A DNA stretch of 63,469 nt, the filler included, from Phoronis australis (Eukaryota > Animalia > Phoronida): assembly GCA_002633005.1 (NCBI GenBank). It is 9 parts of 9 records of this genome, joined end to end, with 100 filler letters (N's around TTAATTAATTAA, not from the genome) between each part and the next. Parts side by side here need not be neighbours in the genome. Positions count along the whole stretch, not along the records: positions 62,199 to 63,469 come from NMRA01000627.1; 8 more parts are not named here. One strand, written 5' to 3'. Both the position numbers and the translations under genes were made by a program. The notes beneath the pieces were generated by a model. It was given only the letters and a program-made list of their open reading frames with translations, was not told the DNA's origin and searched no databases. Below are positions 62,199-63,469 of this stretch, piece by piece; within the stretch, counting starts at the first letter, position 1, and each line of letters opens with the position of its first letter.

Positions 62199-63469
62199 GT
62201 CATTTGCTCTTCCCATAAAAAATGCGACAGCAGAGCGATTGAAACCGTGTGAACATGCCCCACAGCCGCCATCTTGAAGGTGACTTCCTGTTCAATAATT
62301 TTTTATAAAAGCTTATTAAACTCAACGAACACGTGACCAGTTTGAAAGTGATTGGTTTGCAATTGCGCCCTCTACAGGAGAAAACGGTTTTATCCCTATT
62401 TCGGGGTGCGCATGCGCCACGTCCAATATTTCCGCCATCTTTAACCGGAAGTCAACGATTTTCTGCACAATTGTAGCACATGCGTTGTAGTATAATCGTA
62501 ACGATTTTCAGTCATGTAGGTCGAAAAATGCGGCCTCTACGAGTATTTGACTGTGAAATCGGATACAAAATGGCCGCCACGTCCGCCATTTTGTATCCGA
62601 TCTTGCTTAAAAACAATAGGCTTCTAGGGCTTTCGAATCTACACGTCGTGTGCAAATTTCGTGAAAATCGGACGAATATTGCGACCTGTAGAGTGCGAAC
62701 AAACAAATGAAAGCGCTCTGAGGAGCGAAACTTGGCGAAATTAACCAAAAGAAACACGTTCGAGAGGACGAGAAAAGACGACGACAGAGATGATGACGAA
62801 GATGACAGCTATGACGACGATGGTGGCGATAATGGACAACTGTAGTTATGATATCATTCATATAACGAACGTAGAGGTCAGAAATCACTAAGAAATAGGC
62901 TACAGTCTTGAGCGACACTTGGCGAAATTAACTGAAGAAAAGACGACGTCGGAGATGATGACGAAGATGACGAATATAATGATGGTGGTGGCCATGATGA
63001 AGAACATCATAACATTCATCTGACGAATTTAGATGTCATAAATCATTAAGAAATAGGCTGCAGTCTAGTACAATAGAAGAAAAACCAAAATCAATGCAGC
63101 AAGAGCGCTCAACAAAGGAACAGCGTTATCAGAAAATCTCAAATAACTCAAAAAGTAGACGTCCTAGCGAAAAATGAAAAACATCTTCTGAAAGCCCGTT
63201 CAAAATTCTATCTAAACTGATAGTTTCGCCTAATTCCGTAAATTTTTCGAAAAAATTGAAATTTTGCGTTTTCTTAAGAAATTCAAAGTCAAATAACTCG
63301 AAAACGGTAAGTCTGAGAAAAAAATTGTTACAGTTCATATGAAAGAGTATACGTTAGAGAATCCACATGCAAAAATTCACGTCATTTTCTTCTCTCGTTT
63401 AGATGGCACCTAAGTACGGCTGAAAATAGGTCAACATGCGCCAGAACCGCCATCTTGAAAGCAACTTCC
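62199..63469. repeat. Repeat-derived sequence with GCCGCCATCTT motifs and a ~190-bp diverged tandem duplication
   Basis: CCGCCATCTT at ~62267, 62433 and 63447; ACTTGGCGAAATTAAC...AAGAAATAGGCT(A/G)CAGTCT at ~62730-62908 and ~62917-63066, with GAT/GAC triplet runs. Confidence 0.65.

Overview
This is AT-rich, intron-containing animal DNA, most likely from a marine invertebrate. It is not one locus: eight artificial 100-bp spacers (N44-TTAATTAATTAA-N44) split it into nine pieces, so adjacency across spacers is not evidence of linkage. Three host genes can be reconstructed from splice sites and motifs: the first coding exon of DIP2 (727-811), four exons of the dephospho-CoA kinase half of COASY (7259-10577), and five exons of a ZP-domain membrane protein (14402-33173) with a furin site, hydrophobic patch, TM helix and NPVY tail, which appears to have lost the C5-C7 cysteine pair. 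Most of the rest is transposon debris: a Penelope-like retroelement split by a TTAA-flanked THAP/Kolobok-like element and by MITEs, a decayed L1/Tx1 LINE, a CR1/L2-type 3' end, LTR-like repeats, MITEs with 8-bp and 5-bp target duplications, a RecQ-helicase pseudogene near an Academ-like terminus, and a 49-bp hairpin element of that same terminus family with a 9-bp TSD. I found no rRNA, intact tRNA, CRISPR array or prokaryotic operon. All family assignments come from motif recognition by eye, not database searches.
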